DNA of 54,840 nucleotides from Parcubacteria bacterium C7867-007. GTDB lineage: Bacteria; Patescibacteriota; Minisyncoccia; Phycocordibacterales; Phycocordibacteraceae. The stretch covers positions 1 to 54,840 of the forward strand of contig LFCQ01000006.1 in assembly GCA_001189195.1 (NCBI GenBank), read 5' to 3'. Shown piece after piece: positions 17,913 to 28,436 of the stretch (position 1 is the stretch's first letter; each line of letters starts with the position of its first letter). Below the pieces are notes generated by a model. The model did no database searches, had not been told where the DNA came from, and saw nothing but the letters and a program-made list of their open reading frames with translations. The position numbers and the translations under genes are program-made.

Positions 17913-18299
17913 ATGGCATCCCCGTACCGTATCTATCTCGTCGATGACGATCGTTTCCTACTCGACATGTATGCCGTGAAGTTCAAGGCAGCCGGCCATG
18001 AAGTTACTGCTTTCCAGGGCGGAGCACTAGCACTCGATGCACTTCGTACCGGTACTGCACCTGATGCGCTTCTTCTTGATATTGTTATGCCGGAAATTGA
18101 TGGTTTCGGTGTACTTGAGACCATTCGTAAAGAGAATCTTATACCAAGCACAAAAGTTATCGTTCTTTCTAATCAGGGGCAGGAGTCTGATATTGAGCGT
18201 GCAAATAAGCTGGGTGTTGCAGGATACATTATTAAGGCGTCAGCAATTCCTTCAGAAGTGTTCTCTGAAACTATTCGCATAATCGAGAAGACAGCATGA
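17913..18299 (+). CDS. Single-domain response regulator (CheY-like receiver)
   Basis: 128 aa. YLVDDD, LLLDIVMPEIDG, and K in YIIKA. Embedded between pilB and pilT. Confidence 0.88.
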   Translation: MASPYRIYLVDDDRFLLDMYAVKFKAAGHEVTAFQGGALALDALRTGTAPDALLLDIVMPEIDGFGVLETIRKENLIPSTKVIVLSNQGQESDIERANKLGVAGYIIKASAIPSEVFSETIRIIEKTA

Positions 18300-19360
18300 G
18301 TGCAGCTACTGCAAAAATAGGACCACTTCTCGATACGGTTATCAGCGAAGGAGGATCAGACCTTCACCTTTCTGTTGGGTCACACCCGATCATTCGTGTG
18401 TCTGGTTCACTCGTACCATTGCTCCAGCATCCAATTCTCACCAATGAGGACACCATGGACATGCTTAAAGTTATGGTGCCTGCAGAACGTCTTGAGACGT
18501 TTGCTAAGGTGCAGTCTGTTGACTTCTCATACTCACATAACGAGCAGTCTCGTTTCCGTGTGAACGGATATGTCGTACAGGGCCGCGTCACTATGGCGCT
18601 GCGTCTTATCCCGCACGAAACATTTACATTCGCAAATCTAAACCTACCTCCAATTCTTGAGGTATTCACCCAACGCACCCAAGGATTCTTCCTTATTGTG
18701 GGACCGGTGGGGCAGGGAAAGTCCACAACCATGGCCGCAATCATTGACCGTATCAATGAAACACGTGCCGAACACATTCTCACCATTGAAGACCCGGTTG
18801 AGTATCTCTTCGAGCAAAAGAAGTCTCTTATTCATCAGCGCGAAGTGCATGTTGATGCACCAGACTTCCAAACCGCCCTTCAAGCAGCGTTCCGTGAAGA
18901 CATGAACGTGATCATGGTGGGTGAGATGCGTGACCAAGAAACTATCTCTTCTGCAGTTACTGCAGCTGAAACGGGACACCTTGTGCTTTCAACACTGCAC
19001 ACCAACAACGCTGCTCAGACCATCGATCGTATTATCGACATGTTCCCAGCAACACAGCAGGATCAAGTGCGCGTGCAGCTTGCAGGCTCACTTGCAGGTA
19101 TATTCTCGCAGCGTCTCGTACCGCGTATTCAGGGTGGTCTTATCCCTGCGTATGAACTTCTCATCAACAACAACGCGGTTGCAAACCTTATTCGTGAGGG
19201 ACGCACCCATGAAATCACCACGGTCGTGCAGACTAGCTCACAAGAGGGAATGGTGGATATGGACCGTTCGCTTGCTGAACTCGTACGTCGAGGTGAAGTG
19301 ACTATCGAGCACGCATACGAACGATCGCTCGACCCTAAGACGTTCGAACGCTACCTATAG
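18296..19360 (+). CDS. pilT: Twitching-motility (retraction) ATPase PilT
   Basis: 354 aa. Walker A GPVGQGKST, the AIRNLIRE-like motif ANLIREG, and the HLVLSTLHTN His box. Confidence 0.92.
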   Translation: MSAATAKIGPLLDTVISEGGSDLHLSVGSHPIIRVSGSLVPLLQHPILTNEDTMDMLKVMVPAERLETFAKVQSVDFSYSHNEQSRFRVNGYVVQGRVTMALRLIPHETFTFANLNLPPILEVFTQRTQGFFLIVGPVGQGKSTTMAAIIDRINETRAEHILTIEDPVEYLFEQKKSLIHQREVHVDAPDFQTALQAAFREDMNVIMVGEMRDQETISSAVTAAETGHLVLSTLHTNNAAQTIDRIIDMFPATQQDQVRVQLAGSLAGIFSQRLVPRIQGGLIPAYELLINNNAVANLIREGRTHEITTVVQTSSQEGMVDMDRSLAELVRRGEVTIEHAYERSLDPKTFERYL

Positions 19361-19363
19361 TCT

Positions 19364-20575
19364 ATGCTTTTTGCCTACCGCGCTCTTGATGCAGATGGAC
19401 ATGAACGCTCAGGAAGCGTGGAGGCTCTTTCTCAGGATGTTGCAGTCTCAACCCTGCAGCGACGTAACCTGATTGTTTCGTCTATTGAACCCCTGGTTAA
19501 GGAGAAGGGGCTTTCAATGAACTTGGATTTCATCTTTAATCACGTCTCAAATAAAGAGGTGGTGATTCTTTCACGCCAGATTGCAACACTCTTCGAAGCG
19601 CAGGTCTCTGCACTTCGTATCTTCCGTCTCCTCGCCACTGAAGTGGATAACAAAGTACTGGGTGAGATCATGACGCAAGTTGCAGATGATCTGCAGGGAG
19701 GAAGTCCTATTTCTAAAGCACTGGCACGACACCCTAAGGTTTTCACTGGTTTCTACGTAAACATGGTTCGTTCTGGCGAGGAATCTGGAAAGCTTTCTGA
19801 AACATTTGGGTACCTTGCAGACTATCTTGATCGTACCTATGAAGTGATGAGCAAGGCTCAGAACGCCCTGATATACCCAGCGTTCGTGATTGGTGTGTTC
19901 TTTGTGGTTATGGCTCTTATGCTCACGGTGGTGATCCCTAAGATCAGTGTGATTCTTATTGAATCTGGCCAGGAAATCCCACTCTACACAAAGATTGTTA
20001 TTGCTGTATCGAGTTTCCTTGTGCAATACGGATTCCTATTCATTATTGGAATGATTGCTGCAGTCTTTGTGGCATACAGAATGCTTCAAACAGAGAGCGG
20101 CAAACTATTCTTTGATAGCCTTAAACTAGATCTTCCGTATGTGGGTGATCTATATTCCAAACTGTATCTTTCACGTATTGCAGACAACTTTGCAACAATG
20201 CTTGTGTCAGGTGTTCCACCTGTTGAAGCAGTGGAAACAACGGCTGCAGTGGTGGGGAGTGCAACCTTTGAAGATCTCCTTCGTGAAGCAGCTGAAGAGG
20301 TTAAGGGAGGCGTGCCGATATCAGAGGCATTGGGCAAGCACCCTGAGATTCCGGGTATCATGGTTGCCATGATTCGTGTGGGTGAAGAAACAGGAGAGCT
20401 GGGTAACATCCTAAACACGCTTGGTAAGTTCTATCGTCGTGAAGTATCAAACGCAGTGGACACACTGGTGGGTCTTATTGAGCCGCTCATGATCGTATTC
20501 CTCGGTCTTGGTGTGGGAACACTCCTTGCGTCAGTGATGATTCCTATCTACAACCTCGCAGGTGCTATTAACTAA
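19364..20575 (+). CDS. pilC: Type IV pilus platform protein PilC (GspF family)
   Basis: 403 aa with two T2SSF repeats and three TM segments. Confidence 0.92.
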   Translation: MLFAYRALDADGHERSGSVEALSQDVAVSTLQRRNLIVSSIEPLVKEKGLSMNLDFIFNHVSNKEVVILSRQIATLFEAQVSALRIFRLLATEVDNKVLGEIMTQVADDLQGGSPISKALARHPKVFTGFYVNMVRSGEESGKLSETFGYLADYLDRTYEVMSKAQNALIYPAFVIGVFFVVMALMLTVVIPKISVILIESGQEIPLYTKIVIAVSSFLVQYGFLFIIGMIAAVFVAYRMLQTESGKLFFDSLKLDLPYVGDLYSKLYLSRIADNFATMLVSGVPPVEAVETTAAVVGSATFEDLLREAAEEVKGGVPISEALGKHPEIPGIMVAMIRVGEETGELGNILNTLGKFYRREVSNAVDTLVGLIEPLMIVFLGLGVGTLLASVMIPIYNLAGAIN

Positions 20576-20678
20576 AAAGCGTTCTTATCCACACGGTACC
20601 GCAGCTGCAGGTATTCTTCACGTACAATACAGAGAGCGGAACATTACTCGTAACCCGCATAACTTACTTAATCACACT

Positions 20679-21185
20679 ATGACATCTGTATCTTCTGCGG
20701 CACGACGCGGTTTCACTCTCATCGAGCTCCTCGTCGTTATCGCAATCATCGGCATTCTCTCGTCCGTAGTGCTCGCTTCTTTGAATACTGCACGTAACAA
20801 GGGAGCTGACGCATCGGTTAAATCAAACCTCGGCGAAGCACGCGCTCAGGCTGAACTCTTCTATGATGCAAACGGCAACCGTTATGTTGTTACTGCTGGA
20901 GGTACCACAGACGTTTGTTCCACTACTGCTCTCGTAGGAGGCGTTAAAGGTATTGCTGCATCTGTAAGCGCGGCAGCTTCTGCAGCAGGAGCTTCGTACA
21001 CAGGTACACTTACTAGCCCTAGTTCTGCTACGGTTGCTGCATGTCATGCAGCAGCTGACGGAAGCGCATGGGCAGCGTCAGCACCTCTTAAGGCGACTAC
21101 AGGTACCTACTACTGTGTAGACAGTACTGGTAACGCTACTAGCACCACTTCAGTTCTTGCAGCAAGTGCTACTGTTTGCAGCTAG
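20679..21185 (+). CDS. Type IV major pilin paralog 1
   Basis: Prepilin leader MTSVSSAARRG followed by FTLIELLVVIAIIGIL. C-terminal Cys pair. CTTAAT lies 6 nt before the ATG. Confidence 0.9.
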   Translation: MTSVSSAARRGFTLIELLVVIAIIGILSSVVLASLNTARNKGADASVKSNLGEARAQAELFYDANGNRYVVTAGGTTDVCSTTALVGGVKGIAASVSAAASAAGASYTGTLTSPSSATVAACHAAADGSAWAASAPLKATTGTYYCVDSTGNATSTTSVLAASATVCS

Positions 21186-21206
21186 TCTCTCACTAGTAAT
21201 TGTTTG

Positions 21207-21235
21207 GAAGAAAGCGCCCCTCGGGCGCTTTCTTC
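21207..21235 (+). terminator. Rho-independent terminator after pilin 1
   Basis: GAAGAAAGCGCCC-ctc-GGGCGCTTTCTTC (13-bp perfect stem). Confidence 0.8.
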
Positions 21236-21291
21236 ATTTGTATCCCCATGTATGCGTACAAAAGAATGTAAGTATCGGTATACTAGAGCCT

Positions 21292-21792
21292 ATGACCTTT
21301 CCTCGCGCAACTAAGCGCGGTTTCACCCTCATTGAACTTCTTGTAGTCATCGCAATCATCGGTATTCTCTCTTCAGTTGTACTTGCGTCACTAAACACTG
21401 CACGCAACAAGGGCATTGATGCAGCTGTAAAGACAAACCTCGGCGAAGCACGCGCTCAGGCTGAACTCTTTTACGATGCAAATGGGTATCACTATGTGGT
21501 AACAGAAGGCACTGTTACCGATGTGTGTAATGAAGCTGCATCAGTTAATGGAGTACGCGGAATCTATGGTTCTGTATCATACTCAGGAACCTCGAGCGGC
21601 GGATCACCAACTGTAGCACTGAATGCATCACCGAGTTCTCCAACTGAAGCAGCCTGTCATGCAGACATGAACGCATGGGCAGCATCAGCGCCGCTGCGCC
21701 AGGAAATTAATATGTATTACTGCGTAGACAGCACTGGACTTGCCACCGTTACCCCAAACGTCCTTCCTGCAAGCCAGATGTACTGCAGCTAA
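21292..21792 (+). CDS. Type IV major pilin paralog 2
   Basis: MTFPRATKRG followed by FTLIELLVVIAIIGIL. TATACT lies 7 nt before the ATG. Shares long identical nucleotide blocks with paralog 1. Confidence 0.9.
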   Translation: MTFPRATKRGFTLIELLVVIAIIGILSSVVLASLNTARNKGIDAAVKTNLGEARAQAELFYDANGYHYVVTEGTVTDVCNEAASVNGVRGIYGSVSYSGTSSGGSPTVALNASPSSPTEAACHADMNAWAASAPLRQEINMYYCVDSTGLATVTPNVLPASQMYCS

Positions 21793-21828
21793 TCCACATA
21801 GTTCCCAGACGTAACGTACATATCTACG

Positions 21829-21834
21829 TATAAT
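21829..21834 (+). promoter_or_regulatory. TATAAT box of the pilin-3 promoter cassette (GTATAATGGGTTTA)
   Basis: Same 14-mer as upstream of pilB. ATG 21842 follows 7 nt after the box. The ORF-track ATG at 21833 lies inside the box itself. Confidence 0.5.
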
Positions 21835-21841
21835 GGGTTTA

Positions 21842-22384
21842 ATGATCTCTTCTCGCGCATCCAAGCGCGGCTTCACCCTCATTGAGCTTCTTGTAGTCAT
21901 CGCAATTATTGGTGTGCTTTCGAGTATTGTCCTTTCGTCATTGAATCGAGCACGTAGCAAGGGTAGTGATGCTGCAGCGAAGTCTAATCTTGATAACGCA
22001 CGCGCTCAGGCACAACTGTTCTATGATTCCAATAATAATCGCTTTGTTATAACTCCTGGTTCTGCAACAGATGTATGTTCTGTATCAGGATCGGTAGGGT
22101 CACCTGCAGTTAAAGGGGTGTTTGGTTTTGTTGCTGAGGCAGCACGAGCCTCCGGGTACTCTGCGGTGAACAATACAATAACCGTTACGGGAGGAGCTGG
22201 TGTGGTAACGTGCCATGCGTGCTTCACTGGCCAGGCAAGTACGGATTGCACCACAGAAGGACGTTGGGCTGCAGAAGTGCCTCTGCGTGGGACCCCGGGA
22301 TTCGTGTATTGTGTGGATTCTTCCGGTACTGCCAGCACCACTACTACGACCCTGGGGTCGGGTGATACTCGTTGCGCAGGCTGA
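21842..22384 (+). CDS. Type IV major pilin paralog 3
   Basis: MISSRASKRG followed by FTLIELLVVIAIIGVL. The C-terminal domain has four Cys. Confidence 0.88.
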   Translation: MISSRASKRGFTLIELLVVIAIIGVLSSIVLSSLNRARSKGSDAAAKSNLDNARAQAQLFYDSNNNRFVITPGSATDVCSVSGSVGSPAVKGVFGFVAEAARASGYSAVNNTITVTGGAGVVTCHACFTGQASTDCTTEGRWAAEVPLRGTPGFVYCVDSSGTASTTTTTLGSGDTRCAG

Positions 22385-22390
22385 TTCTCC

Positions 22391-23152
22391 GTGATTTCTC
22401 CTCCACTTATTTCTTTTTCTCTGTTTGTACTAGGTGCACTCTGCGCCAGCTTTACGGGTGTTATTGCAGAACGCATTCATACAGGACAGTCGTGGGTTAG
22501 TGGCCGTTCTCGCTGCAACTCGTGTAGGGCACTGCTTGATTTCAGAGATCTCCTCCCAATTGTCTCTTGGTTTGTTCATGTGGGACGTTGTCGTGTATGT
22601 CGTGCACGGATACCGGCTGCATATGCGATCGCAGAGCTTATCTTAGGTACGGCATTTGTACTTGCGTATCATGCGCTCGGACTGGTATCTGCACTGCCAT
22701 TTTTCCTTGTTGCACTTGTGGTGCTTTTATTTATTGTTCTCTACGACCTCAGGCACATGGTCGTACCCACCAATGCATCAAATGTGTTGATTGTACTTGG
22801 ACTCATTGTTGCCTTTCTTCGTGCACCCTCTGTTAAAGAGTTTGGACTAGTGCTTGCTACTGCTGGCATAATTGCACTCTTCTTTTTCCTCATGCACGTA
22901 CTTTCGAAGGGTAGGGCAATGGGCCTGGGTGATGCACCTATTGCACTTGCGCTCTCCTTGTTGGTTGGGATCTATGCATTCGCAGGCCTCCTGTTTTCAT
23001 TCTGGATTGGAGCGTTGTACGGCATAGCTGTATTGAGTACGAGGCGTGGAGGGCCTAGAATGGGTATAGAGGTCCCGTTCGTGCCTTTCTTGGCACTCGG
23101 CTATCTCCTCGCCTTTTTCTCTACATGGAATCCTTTCGTATTCGTACTCTAG
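22391..23152 (+). CDS. pilD: Prepilin peptidase (A24 family) PilD
   Basis: 253 aa. N-terminal CxxC...CxxC zinc motif (CNSC...CRVC), multiple TM segments, and a catalytic Asp in GLGDAP. GTG start. Confidence 0.88.
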   Translation: MISPPLISFSLFVLGALCASFTGVIAERIHTGQSWVSGRSRCNSCRALLDFRDLLPIVSWFVHVGRCRVCRARIPAAYAIAELILGTAFVLAYHALGLVSALPFFLVALVVLLFIVLYDLRHMVVPTNASNVLIVLGLIVAFLRAPSVKEFGLVLATAGIIALFFFLMHVLSKGRAMGLGDAPIALALSLLVGIYAFAGLLFSFWIGALYGIAVLSTRRGGPRMGIEVPFVPFLALGYLLAFFSTWNPFVFVL

Positions 23153-23805
23153 TACCGCATCCTCGCAAGCAGGGCTTTACGCTTATTGAGCTTCTGGTAT
23201 CGATGGGTATCATCTTTCTCATCTCAGCCATCGCCATTACGGGACAGTCCACATTCAATCAGACAATTCTTTTGAATGACACCGCATACAGTCTTGCTCT
23301 CTCGACTCGTCAGGCACAGTCCCTTGGTCTTTCAAGCAGAAAGTTTGCTGGAGTTCAAAATGGTGGCTACGGTATTTATGTCACAGACACCAACCCAACT
23401 ACGTCGTATACGATCTTTGCTGATGTGAGTACCCTCACATCAGCACCAAGCTGGTGCACCGCCATGGCGAGTACCACTCCAGAATCAAAAGCAGGCAACT
23501 GCTTATATGATGGGGTGGGGGAGACATTTCAAACGTACTCACTCACGCGGGGGTTCACTATTGGTGATTTCTGCGGCAAAACAAGCTCAGGTTTGCAGTG
23601 TGCAAGTACTGATGACATCTCTGCGCTGCATGCCGTATTCCTTCGTCCTAACACCAGTTCTATTCTCACAGGGATAACACCAGGAGGAAGTAGGGTGCAG
23701 TTCTCGTGCGTACACATGTCCGTGCGGGCACCGGGGGGGACAGCAGTACAAACGGTACGCATCTCACAGATTGGTGAGATATCCGTTGGCCAAGTATGCT
23801 CATAA
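23125..23805 (+). CDS. Minor pilin / pseudopilin (FimT/GspH-like)
   Basis: Leader ...RKQG followed by FTLIELLVSMGIIF. 226 aa. Confidence 0.75.
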   Translation: MESFRIRTLVPHPRKQGFTLIELLVSMGIIFLISAIAITGQSTFNQTILLNDTAYSLALSTRQAQSLGLSSRKFAGVQNGGYGIYVTDTNPTTSYTIFADVSTLTSAPSWCTAMASTTPESKAGNCLYDGVGETFQTYSLTRGFTIGDFCGKTSSGLQCASTDDISALHAVFLRPNTSSILTGITPGGSRVQFSCVHMSVRAPGGTAVQTVRISQIGEISVGQVCS

Positions 23806-24353
23806 GTATGAAGAACACACGTAAAGGATTCTCACTTATAGAACTCGTAGTATCCGTTGGCCTCTTTGCCGTGGTGATGCTGCTTTCAACAGGTGCATAT
23901 CTTTCATTGATTAGTCTTGATCGTAAGGCGCGTGCCACAAATGATCTCGTAACCAATCTCTCCTTTGCTATCGATACTATGGAGCGATCGCTCCGTACCG
24001 GTTCTGAATTCACGTGTGGTGGGGAAGATGTTGGCGGATCAACATCAGACTGTCTTTCAGGAAGAGAGTCTATTTCTTTCGTAAATGAACAAAACCAAAC
24101 TATTACGTATAAGCAAATTGAAACAACGCTTCAGCAGTGCACCGGTCTTGTGTGTGATTCGCTAACCGATCCGCGTATCACTATTGAAGATGTGAGGTTT
24201 TTCGTTCGTGGAACAGGCACTACGGGACCTGCTGCCACACAACAACCATGGGTCACATTCAGTATAAAAGGAACTATCACCCCTGATTCAACGAACGGAC
24301 CGATTACCTTTACTATTCAGAGCACCGCCTCACAGCGTAAAATAGATCTATGA
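23796..24353 (+). CDS. Minor pilin (PilW/PulJ-like)
   Basis: Leader ...TRKG followed by FSLIELVVSVGLFAVVML. 185 aa. Confidence 0.75.
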   Translation: MLISMKNTRKGFSLIELVVSVGLFAVVMLLSTGAYLSLISLDRKARATNDLVTNLSFAIDTMERSLRTGSEFTCGGEDVGGSTSDCLSGRESISFVNEQNQTITYKQIETTLQQCTGLVCDSLTDPRITIEDVRFFVRGTGTTGPAATQQPWVTFSIKGTITPDSTNGPITFTIQSTASQRKIDL

Positions 24354-24868
24354 TCAAGGCCCGCCCAGGATTCACGCTTGTTGAAACACTTGTTGCAATT
24401 GCAATACTTACTATAAGTATTGCGGGGCCGTACTACTCCATATATAAGGCCGTGCAAACTACATACATTGCCCGCGATAAGCTGATCGCCACCTCACTTG
24501 CACAAGAAGGTGCGGAGTATGTTCGAAACGTACGTGATAGTAATTTTCTCTATAATATTGCGAATATATCATCTCCAGTGAACTGGATGTACACCCTTAC
24601 TCCGTGTAGGGGTGTAGGAGTGAAATGCACTATTGATGTTACCGGATTCGAGCCACCTACCGTATGTGCCTCAACCTGTGCACCGCTCAATCTCACTACC
24701 TCAAATCTCTATAGCTACAACACGGGCACTCCAACCCGATATACCCGCAGCGTGAATATTACTGATGTAAGTGCTGCAGAGGTTACGGTTACCGTCACCG
24801 TTACCTGGAAAACAGCCAGTGTCGATAATTCACTTGTGGTGACACAGCATTTATATAACTGGTTATGA
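24350..24868 (+). CDS. Minor pilin (PilV/GspI-like)
   Basis: MIKARPG followed by FTLVETLVAIAILTISI. 172 aa. Confidence 0.75.
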   Translation: MIKARPGFTLVETLVAIAILTISIAGPYYSIYKAVQTTYIARDKLIATSLAQEGAEYVRNVRDSNFLYNIANISSPVNWMYTLTPCRGVGVKCTIDVTGFEPPTVCASTCAPLNLTTSNLYSYNTGTPTRYTRSVNITDVSAAEVTVTVTVTWKTASVDNSLVVTQHLYNWL

Positions 24869-26076
24869 TTCACACACCTTCACCACGAGGCTTCACGCTT
24901 CTCATAGCTATCATTCTTTCCACCGTCGTTCTTACGGTTGGTCTCTCTCTACTTGATGTTGCGTATAAGCAGGTGATTCTTGCATCCACCGCCAAACAAT
25001 CACAAGCAGCATTCTATAACGCAGATTCTGCTCTTGAATGTGCGCTGTATTACGACCAGAAGTTTAATGCGTTCGCTGCTGGTTCTGGATTTCCTGCAGC
25101 CTCAGTTACCTGCAGCAGTACTCCGGTAACAAATTACACGACAGATGTGAGTGACCCAACAAAGCGAATTACCATATTCACCCTGCCGTGTGCTGAGGGT
25201 GGTGTCTATGCGACCACTACCATATATAAATACCCTAGTGGTGCCACAGCACTGTATGCGAACGGTTTTAATACGTGTAACGTAAATGATCCTGCACGCA
25301 TTGAGCGTGGATTGAAGGCAACCTATGGTGACCCCGCAGCTGCAGCGCTACCAGGACCAGGAGGGAACGTCAGTTATCTCATCGTTGGAGGCGGCGGAGG
25401 TGGAGGCACCACTGGCGGAGGCGGCGGAGGTGGAGGTGAAGTAAGTACGGGCTCAATAGCGCTTCCTGGAGGCACTACCTATCCGATAGTGGTTGGTACA
25501 GGAGGATTAACGGGCGTTTCTGGAGGTGTTGCTGCAAACGGCACATTTAGCTCTGCATTCTCTATAACAGGCCTTGGTGGACGTGGCGGAAGCTTGGTAG
25601 ATAGAGATGGAGGTGCTTCTGGTTCTGGTAATGCTGGGGGTCTAACGGGTCCAATAGGAAGTGGTGCAGGTGGTGGCGGTCAAGGTGGGGTGGGCCAAGA
25701 TGGGCCAGTATTTGGTGCAGGTAACGGTGGTCCAGGAATCACCAGCTCACTCTCTGGTTCCTCGGTTGGATATGGAGGCGGGGGTGGAGGTGGAACGGGT
25801 GCTGGAGGTGGTTCGGGCGGATCAGCAACGCACGGAGGAGGTTCAGGCGGTGCTGGTGCAGTATTTGGTCTTCCTGGCACTGCAAACACTGGAGGAGGTG
25901 GTGGTGGTGGTGGTGGAAGTTTTGGCTCTGGAGCAGGAGGTACCGGAGGAACGGGTGTTGTTATTGTGAGCTACCCAACAGGCTCACTTATCGGTGCAAC
26001 GGGTGGCATCATGAGTACCTCTGGTGGAAACACCATCCATCGTTTCACCACAAGCGGATCATTCATCGTGCCATAA
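24865..26076 (+). CDS. PilX-like minor pilin fused to a long glycine-rich C-terminal domain
   Basis: N-terminus PSPRGFTLLIAIILSTVVLTVGL. The C-terminal ~230 aa is dominated by G-runs (GGGGGGTTGGGGGGG..., GGGGGGGGGS). Confidence 0.7.
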   Translation: MIHTPSPRGFTLLIAIILSTVVLTVGLSLLDVAYKQVILASTAKQSQAAFYNADSALECALYYDQKFNAFAAGSGFPAASVTCSSTPVTNYTTDVSDPTKRITIFTLPCAEGGVYATTTIYKYPSGATALYANGFNTCNVNDPARIERGLKATYGDPAAAALPGPGGNVSYLIVGGGGGGGTTGGGGGGGGEVSTGSIALPGGTTYPIVVGTGGLTGVSGGVAANGTFSSAFSITGLGGRGGSLVDRDGGASGSGNAGGLTGPIGSGAGGGGQGGVGQDGPVFGAGNGGPGITSSLSGSSVGYGGGGGGGTGAGGGSGGSATHGGGSGGAGAVFGLPGTANTGGGGGGGGGSFGSGAGGTGGTGVVIVSYPTGSLIGATGGIMSTSGGNTIHRFTTSGSFIVP

Positions 26077-26099
26077 TTTCCTGATTTAGCATTTACGCA

Positions 26100-26105
26100 T
26101 ACAAT
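26100..26105 (+). promoter_or_regulatory. -10 box TACAAT 6 nt upstream of the ligA ATG
   Basis: TACAAT-gagtag-ATG with no SD. Confidence 0.45.
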
Positions 26106-26111
26106 GAGTAG

Positions 26112-28127
<2,016 letters not shown>

Positions 28128-28133
28128 TAGAGT
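28128..28133 (+). promoter_or_regulatory. -10-like TAGAGT 6 nt upstream of the gatC ATG
   Basis: TAGAGT-acccgc-ATG, immediately after the ligA stop. Confidence 0.35.
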
Positions 28134-28139
28134 ACCCGC

Positions 28140-28436
28140 ATGACCGCGCATGCAACTCCTGACGAGGTAAAGAAGCTAGCTGCACTGGCACGCCTCACTG
28201 TTTCAGAAGAAGAACTCCCTGTGTTTGTTGCAGAGTTTGAGGCTATTCTTGGGTACATGGGGCAGCTTGAAACGCTGGATATTGCTGCGGGTACCGACAT
28301 CCTTCCCTATGCAAACACCTTTCGTACTGAGGGTGCACCACATGAAAAGGGTGCGTGGACTCGAGACATAGTGAAAGCATTTCCCAACAAGGAAGGGGAC
28401 TCACTTTCTGTGAAGAAGATTCTCTCCAATGATTAA
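28140..28436 (+). CDS. gatC: Asp/Glu-tRNA amidotransferase subunit C
   Basis: 98 aa. VKKLAALARLTVSEEEL... is typical GatC. Overlaps gatA. Confidence 0.88.
   Translation: MTAHATPDEVKKLAALARLTVSEEELPVFVAEFEAILGYMGQLETLDIAAGTDILPYANTFRTEGAPHEKGAWTRDIVKAFPNKEGDSLSVKKILSND

Noticed and set aside
25380-25930. Short GGN-rich DNA repeats that at first glance look like a tandem-repeat or CRISPR-like array.
   Set aside because: They lie in frame within a long ORF and simply encode glycine runs. There is no repeat-spacer periodicity and no conserved repeat unit beyond two copies.
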